Both the position numbers and the translations under genes were made by a program. From contig OZ241326.1 of NCBI GenBank assembly GCA_965199855.1, forward strand, positions 2,912,001 to 2,976,000: a DNA stretch of 64,000 nucleotides, read 5' to 3'. Below are positions 10,533 through 20,231 of this stretch, one piece after another (positions within the stretch are counted from its first letter, which is position 1; each line of letters opens with the position of its first letter). The notes under the pieces are model-generated. The model was not told the DNA's origin and made no database searches. It worked only from the letters and a program-made list of their open reading frames with translations. Source of the DNA: a bacterium. Lineage in GTDB: Bacteria > UBA8248.

Positions 10533-10683
10533 TCGTGAGGCTCCTGCGCTTGGGTGAGGCGGGGCTCGAAGCCGGGGCTCGTCGGAGTCGGCGGCCGGGG
10601 CGGGCCGTTTCGGCCCGCCCCGGCGCTTGAAGGAGCGTCAGGCTTCCTCCCCGGAGCAGATCCCCGGGGAGGTTCTCGCCGTC

Positions 10684-12135
10684 CTAAGAGGGGGCGTCCA
10701 CCTTCGGCATCATCGCCTTGTAGTAGGGAATCTCCCTCTTGAGCTTGCGTTTGCCGACCTTGCGGATGATCTTGGCCCACTCGCTCTGGATGTCGCCCAT
10801 GACCTTCTTGGCGCCCTTCTTGCGGCCCGCGTAGGCCTCGGAGAGATTGCGGTCGACGACTTCCTTGAACTCCTGGTAGCCGGTCACATACGGCGGCGGC
10901 GCGGTGACGAGGAGGTTGTCCCGCACCGACTTGATGCCCTCCGGCGTATAGACCTTCGTCACCTGCGGATCCGTCATGTGCTTGGGATGCCAGGGGTCGT
11001 GGAAGGTGAACTTCGGATGGCCGACCACTTCGGCGCTGTTCTTGTAGGTGCTCATGTACATCGCCCAGGCGACGGCCTGCTTCTTGCGCGGGCTGTGCCG
11101 GTTGACGACCATGCCCATCACCGGCGCGGAGAAAGCGCGGTGGATGAGCTTGCCGGAGAACTTCGATCCCGGCACCAGGCCGTAGCGCCACATGCCGCGC
11201 GTCTTCGTCTTCGCCGTCGGGCTCTCGATGAGCGCGATGATGCCGTCCCAATACTGGCAGGAGAAGATCTTGCCGTTGCGGATGCGGGGGATCATCTGCG
11301 GGGAGCCCCAGGCGCTCGCCTCGGGATGGGAGACCTGCTTGCGCGCCAGCCAGGTGTCGAAGGCGTATTCGGCCGCCGGCGTGGTGAGCGTCGGGTTGGC
11401 GTCGTCGTCGAACGGGAAGCCGCCCGCGCTGTAGAGATACATCCAGTACCAGAAGCTGCTGTTCGCCTTGTCCCGCAGCCCGCCGAAGCCGTAGAGCTCC
11501 TTGTCGGGACGGTGGAAGTGCTTCATCACCTCGAGCTCGTCCTCCCAGGTGACCGGCCACTTGAGGGGCTTGCCATGCTTGTCGGCGAAGGCCTTGCGCT
11601 CGTCGGGGTTGTCGAAGAGGTCCTTGCGGATGAACTGCGGGCAGACGTTGCCGTCCGTGGGCATGGCGTAGGTCTTGCCCTGGTAGGTCATGAAGGTCTC
11701 GAAGTTGCCCACCATCTGGAGGTCGAAGCCGGCCGCCTTCATGTAGCCGTCGAGCGGCTCGAGCATCCCCGCCGCCGCGAGGGAGGGAATCATCATGGAT
11801 TCCACGTGAAAGATGTCGAACTTGCCCGAGCGCGTGATGGCCTCGGCCATGGCGCGCTGGGGAATCTGGAGGTTGGGGACGTCGCTCACCTTCTCCATCG
11901 AGATGCCGGTGGCCTTCTTGAACTCCCGGTTGAGGTCGGGATAGTTGCGCCAGTAGAGGCCCCACATCATTCCGTTCAGCGCGGCGGCGCCGGCCTTCTT
12001 GCCCGCCTTGATGATTTTCTCCTCCTCGCTGTGCCCGCCGGCGCGCGCCGCGCCCCCGGCGAGAGCGGGGCCCGCGGCCGCCGCAGCCAGCCCGGCTTTC
12101 AGGAGGCTTCTTCGGTTGATTCTCTTCTCGCTCAT
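10684..12135 (-). CDS. ABC extracellular solute-binding protein with Tat signal
   Basis: MSEKRINRRSLLKAGLAAAA twin-arginine signal; family-1 SBP features (YQGKTYAMP, IRKDLF); GGAG-like SD. Confidence 0.85.
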   Translation of the reverse strand: MSEKRINRRSLLKAGLAAAAAGPALAGGAARAGGHSEEEKIIKAGKKAGAAALNGMMWGLYWRNYPDLNREFKKATGISMEKVSDVPNLQIPQRAMAEAITRSGKFDIFHVESMMIPSLAAAGMLEPLDGYMKAAGFDLQMVGNFETFMTYQGKTYAMPTDGNVCPQFIRKDLFDNPDERKAFADKHGKPLKWPVTWEDELEVMKHFHRPDKELYGFGGLRDKANSSFWYWMYLYSAGGFPFDDDANPTLTTPAAEYAFDTWLARKQVSHPEASAWGSPQMIPRIRNGKIFSCQYWDGIIALIESPTAKTKTRGMWRYGLVPGSKFSGKLIHRAFSAPVMGMVVNRHSPRKKQAVAWAMYMSTYKNSAEVVGHPKFTFHDPWHPKHMTDPQVTKVYTPEGIKSVRDNLLVTAPPPYVTGYQEFKEVVDRNLSEAYAGRKKGAKKVMGDIQSEWAKIIRKVGKRKLKREIPYYKAMMPKVDAPS

Positions 12136-12290
12136 CAGGGTGATCCTCCTTCGTGCTTGGGGATTGGCTGACGGGAGAGGCGGGAAGCCCGCCCCCCGCG
12201 GCCCTCCCGAGGGAAGCCGAAAGAAGCGGAGGCTCCGCGCCGCGACCCTCAGCCCGCATATTTCTCGCTCGTGATGCGAAGATGGGCCGC

Positions 12291-12318
12291 ATTGTAGCCA
12301 AGCGGCGATTTTTGTCAA
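12291..12318 (-). promoter_or_regulatory. sigma70-type promoter for ABC operon
   Basis: Minus strand TTGACA-16 nt-TACAAT, ~155 nt upstream of the SBP start. Confidence 0.65.
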
Positions 12319-12403
12319 CAGGGAAGCGGGACGAAAAAAAACCGCGCGAGAAGCCCCGGAGACCGCTGTCGAATCGCTCCCCCGCGGCGAAGAGGCGCGG
12401 ACG

Positions 12404-12441
12404 AAAAAAGCCTCCCTCCCCGGCGGGCCGGGGAGGGAGGC
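12404..12441 (-). terminator. Rho-independent terminator downstream of USP gene
   Basis: 14-bp stem GCCTCCCTCCCCGG/CCGGGGAGGGAGGC followed by T6 on minus strand. Confidence 0.75.
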
Positions 12442-12447
12442 CCGGGC

Positions 12448-12969
12448 TTACGCCTCGCTCGAGGCCTCCTGCGCCGATTCGATTTCCGCCATCTTCGCGG
12501 AGGCCACCTTGTCGCGGAGCAGGAACACCGGACAGGGAGCGCGCCTGAGCACCTGCTCGGAGACGCTGCCGATCAGGAAGCGGCTCACCATGTTGCGCCC
12601 GTGCGTGCCCATGACGATGAGGTCGAAATCCCCTGCCTCGGAGAAGTCGAGAATCTCCTTGGCGGGCTCCCCGAAAATGACCACGGGCTCGATGGGCGCC
12701 TCCGAGTCGATCTCGCGCACCAGGAGCTCCAGGTTGCTCTGCAGTTCGACCCGCGCGTCCTCGAGCAGGCGGCTCGGGGAGATCGACCCCACCAGCTCGG
12801 CGCTGAAGCCTCCGTATTTGGCGCCGAAGTCGGGGTTTCTCGCCACGTGGATGACCGTGACCTCCGCCTGGCGATTCTCCCCGATCTCCGCCGCGACCTT
12901 CAGGACGCCCTTGCTGAGATCCGAGAAATCGACGGGAGCCAGAATCTTTTGGGGATCGTAGATTCTCAT
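12448..12969 (-). CDS. Universal stress protein
   Basis: KILAPVDFS...DLIVMGTHGR...IGSVSEQVLRRAPCPV USP motifs. Confidence 0.95.
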   Translation of the reverse strand: MRIYDPQKILAPVDFSDLSKGVLKVAAEIGENRQAEVTVIHVARNPDFGAKYGGFSAELVGSISPSRLLEDARVELQSNLELLVREIDSEAPIEPVVIFGEPAKEILDFSEAGDFDLIVMGTHGRNMVSRFLIGSVSEQVLRRAPCPVFLLRDKVASAKMAEIESAQEASSEA

Positions 12970-13280
12970 GGCGCTTCCCTCCGCGCGTGAAGAAATGTGA
13001 GGCGCCCGCCCGCGTTCAAAACCCAACAGCGGAGCCTTCGCGGCCCCGCTCTCAAGGGTGGTTCTTCAAATCCCCAGACTGCGCGTCGAGCGGCGGCCGC
13101 CCGAACTCTTTGCGCCGGCTATTCTTTGCCGTCCCCCGGGAGGCCGGCGCCTTGCTCCGGGAGACTAGAAATCATCATCCCGTTCACTCCTCTTCTTCGT
13201 CCTTCATGTCTTCAATATACGCCCTCGCGCGCCGTTTTTCAAGATGTCCCGAGGCGCGGGCGGCGAGGCCCGCATCGCCC

Positions 13281-14264
13281 TCAGTCTATCTCCACCACCA
13301 CGTTCCCGACATTCCCGAAATTCTCCATGAGCTCGTGGGCGGCGGCCGCGTCCTCGAGCGGGAAGCGCGCGCCGATGTGGTGGGTGAGCGCGCCCGCCTC
13401 GCAGGCGGCGTTGATGTCCGCGCAGGCCTTGGAGATGGCGGCATCAGGCATCGAATAGACGAACACCATGCGGATGGCCGTGTTGTTCCCCATCATCTGA
13501 TACCAGGGCAGCGTAGGCTCGGGCGCGCGCGTGGAGCCGTAGGCGGCGATGGTTCCGTTCTCTTTCAGCGCGCGGCGGGTGACCTCGAGGTTCTCGCCGA
13601 AGTCCACCTCGCAGATTCTGTCCACCCCCGCCCCGCCGGTAATCGTCATGACGCGCCCGGCGACGTTCTCCTCCCGGTAGTTCACCACGTGATCCGCGCC
13701 CGCCTCGCGCGCGATGCGCGCCTTCTCCTCGCCGCTCACGGTGGCGATGACCGAGGCACCTCCCCACTTGGCGAGCTGCACCCCGTAGCGGCCCACCGCC
13801 CCCGCCCCGCCGGTAACGAGGACTGTCTCGCCCGCTATCGGCCCATCCAGAAACAGCGCGCGGTGGGCGGTCATTGCGGGAATCGCCAGACACGCGCCTT
13901 GGGCGAAGTCCACCGAATCCGCCAGGGGAACGGCCTGACGCTCCGGCAGGACGATGAACTCCGCCGCCGTGCCGAAGGGGCGCTCCCACTGGCCGTTGAA
14001 CACCCAGACGCGCTCGCCCACGCGGGCGGCGTCCACGCCCTCGCCCACGCTCTCGACTACGCCCGCCCCGTCGGAGTGGGGGATGATTCTCGGCCAGCGC
14101 ATCTCGCCGCGCGAACCCAGGCGCGCCTTGTAGTCCGAGGGGTTCGCGCCCGAGGCGCGCAGGCGCACCCGCACCTCGCCCGCCCCGGGTTCGGGCGTCT
14201 CGATTTCGCCGAATTTCAGAACCTCTCTCGCCGGCCCGTAGGTCTCATGCCAGACAGCGCGCAT
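13281..14264 (-). CDS. NADPH:quinone reductase (MDR / zeta-crystallin family)
   Basis: GANPSD, PHSDGAG, VLVTGGAGAVG. Confidence 0.9.
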   Translation of the reverse strand: MRAVWHETYGPAREVLKFGEIETPEPGAGEVRVRLRASGANPSDYKARLGSRGEMRWPRIIPHSDGAGVVESVGEGVDAARVGERVWVFNGQWERPFGTAAEFIVLPERQAVPLADSVDFAQGACLAIPAMTAHRALFLDGPIAGETVLVTGGAGAVGRYGVQLAKWGGASVIATVSGEEKARIAREAGADHVVNYREENVAGRVMTITGGAGVDRICEVDFGENLEVTRRALKENGTIAAYGSTRAPEPTLPWYQMMGNNTAIRMVFVYSMPDAAISKACADINAACEAGALTHHIGARFPLEDAAAAHELMENFGNVGNVVVEID

Positions 14265-14362
14265 CGCCTCTCCTTGTCTCTATGCGCCCGGACGAATCGT
14301 CAGAGCGTCTTCTTATTCTCAACGGAATGAAAGCGGGGAGCCGGCATCCGGCGAGGATGACT

Positions 14363-15481
14363 TCACGCCGCCGCGCGCTCGCGCTCTATCAACTCCTCCG
14401 CGAGGGGGACGAGGTCGCGCGCGGCGCGCTCGCACTCCTCCACGTGTGGGTAGCCCGAGAGGATGAACTCGTCTATCCCCAGCCGCCAGTAGGCGAGAAG
14501 CGCCTCCGCGATCTGCGCGGGCGTTCCCACGAGGGCGGAGCCGCAGTTCACCCGCACCTGGGAGATGCCGTTCCAGAGGCGCGGGGCCACCCGAAAATCC
14601 TCGAAGGCGCGCGCCTGGGCGGCCGCGCCCACCATGCCGGAGCCGGCGAGGAGCGCGGCGCGCTGGGCCTTCACGGAATCCTCCGCCCGGCTGAGCAGGG
14701 CGCGCGTCTCCTCCCAGGCTTCCGCCTCGGTCTCGCGCATCACCAGATGGGAGCGCACCCCGAAGGCGGGCCGCCGCCCCGCCGCCCCGAAGGAGGCCCG
14801 CGCCCGCTCCAGGTGCTTTTCGGTCTCCTCTATCGGGCCTATCCAGCCGAGATAGACGTCCGACTGCGCCCCCGCCAGTTTGAGCGCGGCCGGCGAGGCG
14901 CCGCCCAGATAGAACTTCGGCCCCTCCCCTGCCGGGCCGGGCGAGCAGTGGACGCCGGCCAGCCGCACGAATTTCCCCTCGAAGCGCACAGGGTCGGGCC
15001 TTTCCCAGAGTTTGCGAATCGCGGCGATGAATTCCTCCGCCCGCTCGTAGCGCGTGTCGTGGTCGATGCGCTCGCCCATCTTCTCGAACTCGCCCTTGAT
15101 GCCGCCGGGCACGACGTTCAAATCCACCCGCCCGTCCGTTATCTGGCTGAGGGTGGCGGCCATCTGCGCGAAAAGGCCGGTATTCACGAACCCCGGCCGA
15201 ACGGCGACCAGAAAGCGGATGCGCTCGCTGCGCGCCGCCAGGGCGCTCACCATCGTCCAGGTCTCCGCCAGGGGCGCGCGCTCGTCGAAAAGCCCGTTGG
15301 CGAAGCGCGTGGGAATCAGCAGGGAGTGGAAGCCGCCCTCCTCCGCCGTCCGCACCACCCGGCTCAGGTATTCATAGGTGGGTGGTCGCTCCGCCCGCGC
15401 CGTGCCGATATGCGCCCCGTCGCCGTCAACCGGGATGAACCAGTCGAAGCGGGGCGCCGGGCGCTCCTGATTCCGCGTCAT
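14363..15481 (-). CDS. LLM-class flavin-dependent monooxygenase (SsuD-like)
   Basis: FDWFIPVDGDG, FLVAVRPG, YLGGAS, ALVGTP, FILSGYPH motifs typical of alkanesulfonate monooxygenases. Confidence 0.85.
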   Translation of the reverse strand: MTRNQERPAPRFDWFIPVDGDGAHIGTARAERPPTYEYLSRVVRTAEEGGFHSLLIPTRFANGLFDERAPLAETWTMVSALAARSERIRFLVAVRPGFVNTGLFAQMAATLSQITDGRVDLNVVPGGIKGEFEKMGERIDHDTRYERAEEFIAAIRKLWERPDPVRFEGKFVRLAGVHCSPGPAGEGPKFYLGGASPAALKLAGAQSDVYLGWIGPIEETEKHLERARASFGAAGRRPAFGVRSHLVMRETEAEAWEETRALLSRAEDSVKAQRAALLAGSGMVGAAAQARAFEDFRVAPRLWNGISQVRVNCGSALVGTPAQIAEALLAYWRLGIDEFILSGYPHVEECERAARDLVPLAEELIERERAAA

Positions 15482-15587
15482 GCCGAAGGCTCCAAAGGCG
15501 GGTCGGGTTCCACGCGCTGCGACTCAGGCATTCTAGGGCAAACGGGCGGCGGAAGGAAGGCGGGAACTGGCCGGTCAGGGAGCGAAA

Positions 15588-15875
15588 ACGGGACGCATAT
15601 ATGCGCCCCCTGCAATCGAACGTCGCCGCCTCCGGCACCAAAGAATATATCGTCCGTAGAGGGCGTTCGTGAACGCCCCGCGCTCTCCGATGCGAACGGC
15701 TCCCGGGAACGGGCGGTTCGAGAACCGCGGGGAGACCCCGAGGAGAAGCCGCCCCTGCGGGGAGGGGCGCGACACCCTCCGCTCTCGTCATTCCGGCGCG
15801 TCCTCTAGCCGGAACCCGGGAGCGGCCTCCGGTCTCTCCCGTTCGTCTGGATCCCGGCTTGCGCCGGAATGACGG
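15588..15875. repeat. REP cluster (GTAG- and CGTC-type), same modules as the 27-36 kb arrays in inverted orientation
   Basis: ~15652-15758 is a diverged reverse complement of 27121-27218; GGGACGCATATATGCGCCCC; CGTCATTCCGGC...GCCGGAATGACG pair at ~15787-15874. Confidence 0.8.
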
Positions 15876-15878
15876 CTC

Positions 15879-16328
15879 TTAGAGAGCGCGACGCTTCACC
15901 AACGAGATGCCGGCTTCGCCCAGACGGTCGGGCGTCATGCGAGAGCGATTTGTTCTGTTCAGACGCTTGGTTTCCTCGGGGGTCAAAAGGACAAGGCGAT
16001 AATGGCGCTTGACGTATTCCGTCAATTCCTCATCGCTTGCGCCGCCATCGATCTTCTCAATCGCGCGGCGCGTGAAAGCCCGGCGCGGCGATACATGCTC
16101 GATCAGAATCTTCTCGCCCCGCTCACGGGCATCAAGGGCCGCGGGTGAAAATTCCGCGTCGGAATAGTTCCGAAGATTGTTGACGTGGCTGAGTCCGGGG
16201 CAATTGAGTCGCTCTCCAAGAATATCCAAAATGCGCTCAGCGCTGTGAATTGCGCCGCCGTTGTCGGTGAAGCCGGCGGAGAGCATCTCGTTTCGCAGCG
16301 ACGCGGCCTTGCGAAGCATCGGGATCAA
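15879..16328 (-). CDS. Hypothetical protein, possible HNH-like fold
   Basis: Lower GC than neighbours; IEHVSP...LVLLTPEETKRLN motif; start uncertain (frame stays open upstream without ATG). Confidence 0.6.
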   Translation of the reverse strand: MIPMLRKAASLRNEMLSAGFTDNGGAIHSAERILDILGERLNCPGLSHVNNLRNYSDAEFSPAALDARERGEKILIEHVSPRRAFTRRAIEKIDGGASDEELTEYVKRHYRLVLLTPEETKRLNRTNRSRMTPDRLGEAGISLVKRRAL

Positions 16329-16568
16329 ATTGTCGGGGGTATATTTCGGTCGCTTGCCTCGCGCGGGCGCCTCCCCGGCGGCGTCCGGCGCGCCGCCGGG
16401 AATGCCGGAAGCGGCTCCTCAAGCGCCCCCTGTCAAGACGGTTTTTTTCGTTCGCCGGCGCGAGTATAGCACGGCGCGGGCGCGCCCCTTGCCGAGGCGC
16501 GTCAAGTGGAGTATCCATGAGAGGGAAATCCCGCGACGAAAGCCAAGCATCACGCGGAGGGCGCGCCC

Positions 16569-17360
16569 TTGGTCGTCATGGCGAACGAGACGAAGCGAAA
16601 ATCCAGCGCGGGAGAGGTCACCCTGGGCGCGGGCGTGCGCATGGCGCGCACGGTGGAGGTGGGTCTGGCGATGCGGGCGGCCGGCTTCGACTGGCTCTTC
16701 ATCGACATGGAGCACGGGCCCTTCGACCTCGAAACGGCGCAGCAGATATCCATCGCCGCCCTGAGCCAGGGCATAACGCCGCTCGTTCGCGTGGCGGACG
16801 CGAGCCTGGGCGCCCGCGTCCTAGACGCCGGCGCGCAGGGAATCGTCCTCCCGCACGTGAACGGCGCGGAGGAGGCGCGGGCGCTTGTCCGCCTCTGCAA
16901 GTTCCCCCCCGAGGGGGAGCGCAGCGCGGGCGGGGGACTCGCCCACACCGGCTTCGAGGCCATGGACCCGGCCGCGCTCCTCAAGGGCGTGAACGACGAG
17001 ACGCTTCTCGTCGCCATGATCGAGACGCCCGAGGCCGGCGAGGAGGCGGACGCCATCGCCGCCGTCCCCGGCATCGACGTTCTCCTTATCGGCACGAACG
17101 ACCTGAGCGCGGGGATGGGCGCCGTCGGCCAGCACGACCACCCGAAAGTCAACAAGGTATATGAGCAGGTGATCGCCGCCTGCCGCAGACGCGGCAAAGT
17201 CGCCGGCATGGGCGGCTCCTACGCGCCCGACATGATAGAGCGCAGAATCCGGGAGGGAATTCGCTTCATTCTCGCGGGCAACGACCTCACCTTCATGAAC
17301 AGCGGCGCGAAGGCGCAGGCGCGCATGATTCGGGAGCGCGCGGACAAAAGCGGCGGATAG
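16569..17360 (+). CDS. HpcH/HpaI aldolase family protein
   Basis: GFDWLFIDMEHG, LDAGAQG, MIET, IGTNDLS. Confidence 0.92.
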   Translation: MVVMANETKRKSSAGEVTLGAGVRMARTVEVGLAMRAAGFDWLFIDMEHGPFDLETAQQISIAALSQGITPLVRVADASLGARVLDAGAQGIVLPHVNGAEEARALVRLCKFPPEGERSAGGGLAHTGFEAMDPAALLKGVNDETLLVAMIETPEAGEEADAIAAVPGIDVLLIGTNDLSAGMGAVGQHDHPKVNKVYEQVIAACRRRGKVAGMGGSYAPDMIERRIREGIRFILAGNDLTFMNSGAKAQARMIRERADKSGG

Positions 17361-17428
17361 CGCCGTTGCGCGCCCGTGCCGACGCGCGGTCGCTCACCGG
17401 ACGCGCTTCCTGAAAACAGGGAGAAAAC

Positions 17429-18274
17429 ATGAAACTGCTGACCTATGAATCGGAAACGGCCCCCCGCGTCGCCATCCTGACGGAGGGCGGCGTGGAGGAC
17501 GTGTCGCCGCGGACGGGCGACGCGGCCGAAGTCATCGCGCGGGGCGGAACCCCCGAGACGAACGGCGCGCCCGTCGCGCTCGAATCGGTCAAACTGCTCG
17601 CGCCGATAGCGGAGCTTCGGCGGCCCGTCGTCGCCGTGGGGCTGAACTACAAGAAGCACGCCGACGAAGGGGCGCGCAAGCACGGCGACCGGAAAGTGGG
17701 GGACTACCCGAAAATTCCGGTGTTCTTCTGCAAGTGGCCGGGCTCCCACAACAGGCCGGACGGGGAGATCATCCATCACCGGAACGTGAACGAGCTGGAC
17801 TACGAATGCGAGCTCGTCATCGTCATCGGAAGGCGGGGAATCGACATCCCCCCCGAGCGGGCGATGGATCACGTCTATGGCTACACCATCATGAACGAGG
17901 TCTCCGCCCGCGACGTCCAGCGCGCCCACGGCCAGTGGTTCAAGGGCAAGGCGCTGGACAGCTTCGGCCCTCTGGGCCCCTGGATCGTCACGAAGGACGA
18001 GGCGGGCGACGCGAACAGCCTCGCCGTGACCACGCGCGTGAACGGCGAGACGCGGCAGTCCTCGAACACGAACGACATGATTTTCGACGTAGCCACCCTC
18101 GTCTCGACGCTCTCCGAAGGCTTCACGCTCCTGCCCGGAGACATGATCGCCACCGGAACGCCCGAGGGCGTGGGCTTCGCCATGGACCCGCCGGGGCTGC
18201 TGAAGCCGGGCGACATGGTCGAGTGCGAGATCGAGAACATCGGGGCGCTCAGGAGCGTCGTCGCCGCCCCGTGA
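17429..18274 (+). CDS. Fumarylacetoacetate hydrolase family protein
   Basis: GLNYKKH, DYECEL, GYTIMNEVSARD, GK..DSFGPLGP, TGTPEGVG. Confidence 0.95.
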   Translation: MKLLTYESETAPRVAILTEGGVEDVSPRTGDAAEVIARGGTPETNGAPVALESVKLLAPIAELRRPVVAVGLNYKKHADEGARKHGDRKVGDYPKIPVFFCKWPGSHNRPDGEIIHHRNVNELDYECELVIVIGRRGIDIPPERAMDHVYGYTIMNEVSARDVQRAHGQWFKGKALDSFGPLGPWIVTKDEAGDANSLAVTTRVNGETRQSSNTNDMIFDVATLVSTLSEGFTLLPGDMIATGTPEGVGFAMDPPGLLKPGDMVECEIENIGALRSVVAAP

Positions 18275-18316
18275 GGAGAGGCGGCCCCGCAAGGCGGAAA
18301 AGACGCGGAGGACGCT

Positions 18317-18826
18317 TCAGGGGGCGGCGGGCCGCATCGTCCGCTTGAGGTAGGGCACGAGGCCGCCCGCGCGCACCATCTCCATGATGTGCTCGGGCAG
18401 CGGCTCGGCCCGGAGAGTCTCTCCCCGGGTGAGGTTCTCCACCCTTCCGGCAATCGGATCGACGCGAAGCCTGTCCCCCCGCCCGATGGAGCCCGCCTCC
18501 GGGCAGATGAGCACGGGCAGGCCGATGCAAAGCGAGTTTCTGAAAAAATTCCTGGCGAACGTAAGGGCGATGACCGCGCCCACGCCCGCGCGCTTGATGC
18601 CGCGCGGCGCCGTCTCCCGGCTCGATCCGCAGCCGAAGTTCCTGCCGCCGACGATCACGTCGCCCGGCTTCACGCTTTTGGGAAAATCGGGGTCGACGCC
18701 CTCCATGGCGTGCGCGCCGAGCTCCTCGTCCGGCAGGCTCGCGTAGGCCGCCGGCATGATGTAGCCGGTGTCCACGTTGTCGCCGAACACCCAGGCGCCG
18801 CCCTCGATGCTCCCCGCCGCGCTCAC
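18317..18826 (-). CDS. 3-isopropylmalate dehydratase / homoaconitase-like small subunit
   Basis: GDNVDTG, NFGCGSSRE, FARNFFRN; GTG overlaps the large-subunit stop. Confidence 0.9.
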   Translation of the reverse strand: MSAAGSIEGGAWVFGDNVDTGYIMPAAYASLPDEELGAHAMEGVDPDFPKSVKPGDVIVGGRNFGCGSSRETAPRGIKRAGVGAVIALTFARNFFRNSLCIGLPVLICPEAGSIGRGDRLRVDPIAGRVENLTRGETLRAEPLPEHIMEMVRAGGLVPYLKRTMRPAAP

Positions 18827-20100
18827 GCGAGGAACTCCCGCGGGTCGGCCACGCGGCCTTTGATCGCGCTCGCCGCCACCGTGGCGGCCGAGGCGAGGTA
18901 GATCGACGCCTCCTGGCTCCCCATGCGTCCCCTGTAGTTGCGGTTGGCCGAGGAGACGCAGACCTCCCCGTCGCCCAGCTGTCCCGGCCCCCTGCCCGCG
19001 CAGATGCCGCACGTCGTGGGCATGAGGACGCCGCCCGCGTCGAGGAGCGTCTGCAACGTTCCCTCCGCCATCGCCCTGCCCAGGATGGCCTTGCTCGCCG
19101 GCGCGATGAGCAGCTGAAGCCCGGCGGCGACGCGCCTGCCTTTCAGAACGGCCGCGGCCGCGCGCAAATCGACGAGCTTCGCCCCCGTGCACGAGCCGAT
19201 GTGCGCGCGGTTCAGGGGGGGCGATTCCGCCTCCTCCACCGGACACACGTTGTCCATGCGGTGGGGACGCGCCACCTGGGGGGAAAGATCGGAGACGTCG
19301 TATTCCCAGGCCGCGGCGTAGGCGGCGTCCGGGTCCGAGCGGACGGCCTCCCACCCCTCCTCCACGCCCGCCTCCTTCAGATACGCCTCCGTCGCCTCGT
19401 CCACGTCCATGATGGCGCTCTTCGCGCTGAACTCGGCCGCCATGTTGGAGAGCGTCATGCGATCCTCCACGGGAAGCGACATGAGCGCCTCGCCCTCGAA
19501 CTGGAGCGTCTTGTATTCCGCCCCGTCCACCTTGAGATCACGGAGCGCGAGAAGCGCCATGTCCTTGCCGTATACGCCTGCGGGAACCGCGCCGTCGAAG
19601 CGAATCCGTATCGTCTCGGGCACGCGGAGCCAGACTTCTCCTTTGGCCAAAACGCCGATGCTCTCCGTCGGCCCGATCGCCACGCCCAGCGCGCCCAGCG
19701 CGCCCGTGTTCGTGGTGTGGCTGTCGGTGCCCGTGACGAGCGCGCCCGGACGCACGAAGCCCTTCTCCGCCATGAGGATGTGGCAGATGCCCTCCGCGTC
19801 GTAGAAGTGGGGAAGCTCCTGCTCGGCCGCCCAGGCGCGCGTGACGTTCAGAACCCGCGCCTGGGAGTCCTGGGTGGGCGGGTTGTGGTGATCCGCCGTG
19901 AGCATGAAGCGATTCTTGTTCCAGATGGGAAGGCCGAGCTCGGCGAAGTCCTTCCCCATGCGGAAGGGCCCCTGGTTGTCGTGCATGAGGTGGGCGTCCA
20001 CCTTCGCCCAGACGATCTCGCCCACGTCCACGCGCTCGCGCCCGCCGGCGCGGGCCAAGATTTTCTGCGCGGCGGTGTCCCCTGCCAAGACGCTCTCCAT
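18823..20100 (-). CDS. 3-isopropylmalate dehydratase / homoaconitase-like large subunit (aconitase family)
   Basis: DSHT, GSCT, CGIC, NRNYRGRMG; short 425-aa type. Confidence 0.9.
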   Translation of the reverse strand: MESVLAGDTAAQKILARAGGRERVDVGEIVWAKVDAHLMHDNQGPFRMGKDFAELGLPIWNKNRFMLTADHHNPPTQDSQARVLNVTRAWAAEQELPHFYDAEGICHILMAEKGFVRPGALVTGTDSHTTNTGALGALGVAIGPTESIGVLAKGEVWLRVPETIRIRFDGAVPAGVYGKDMALLALRDLKVDGAEYKTLQFEGEALMSLPVEDRMTLSNMAAEFSAKSAIMDVDEATEAYLKEAGVEEGWEAVRSDPDAAYAAAWEYDVSDLSPQVARPHRMDNVCPVEEAESPPLNRAHIGSCTGAKLVDLRAAAAVLKGRRVAAGLQLLIAPASKAILGRAMAEGTLQTLLDAGGVLMPTTCGICAGRGPGQLGDGEVCVSSANRNYRGRMGSQEASIYLASAATVAASAIKGRVADPREFLA

Positions 20101-20231
20101 CAGGAGGGGAAACGCGGAGTCGCTCGCTCCCGGCTCCGGGGGGTTCGTTGTGCATCCACAGAGGCGATACTATACTGATTTTGTCGCACAATCCCGAAGG
20201 AGAGGCAAGAGACGGAGGAATCCCGGGCCCG

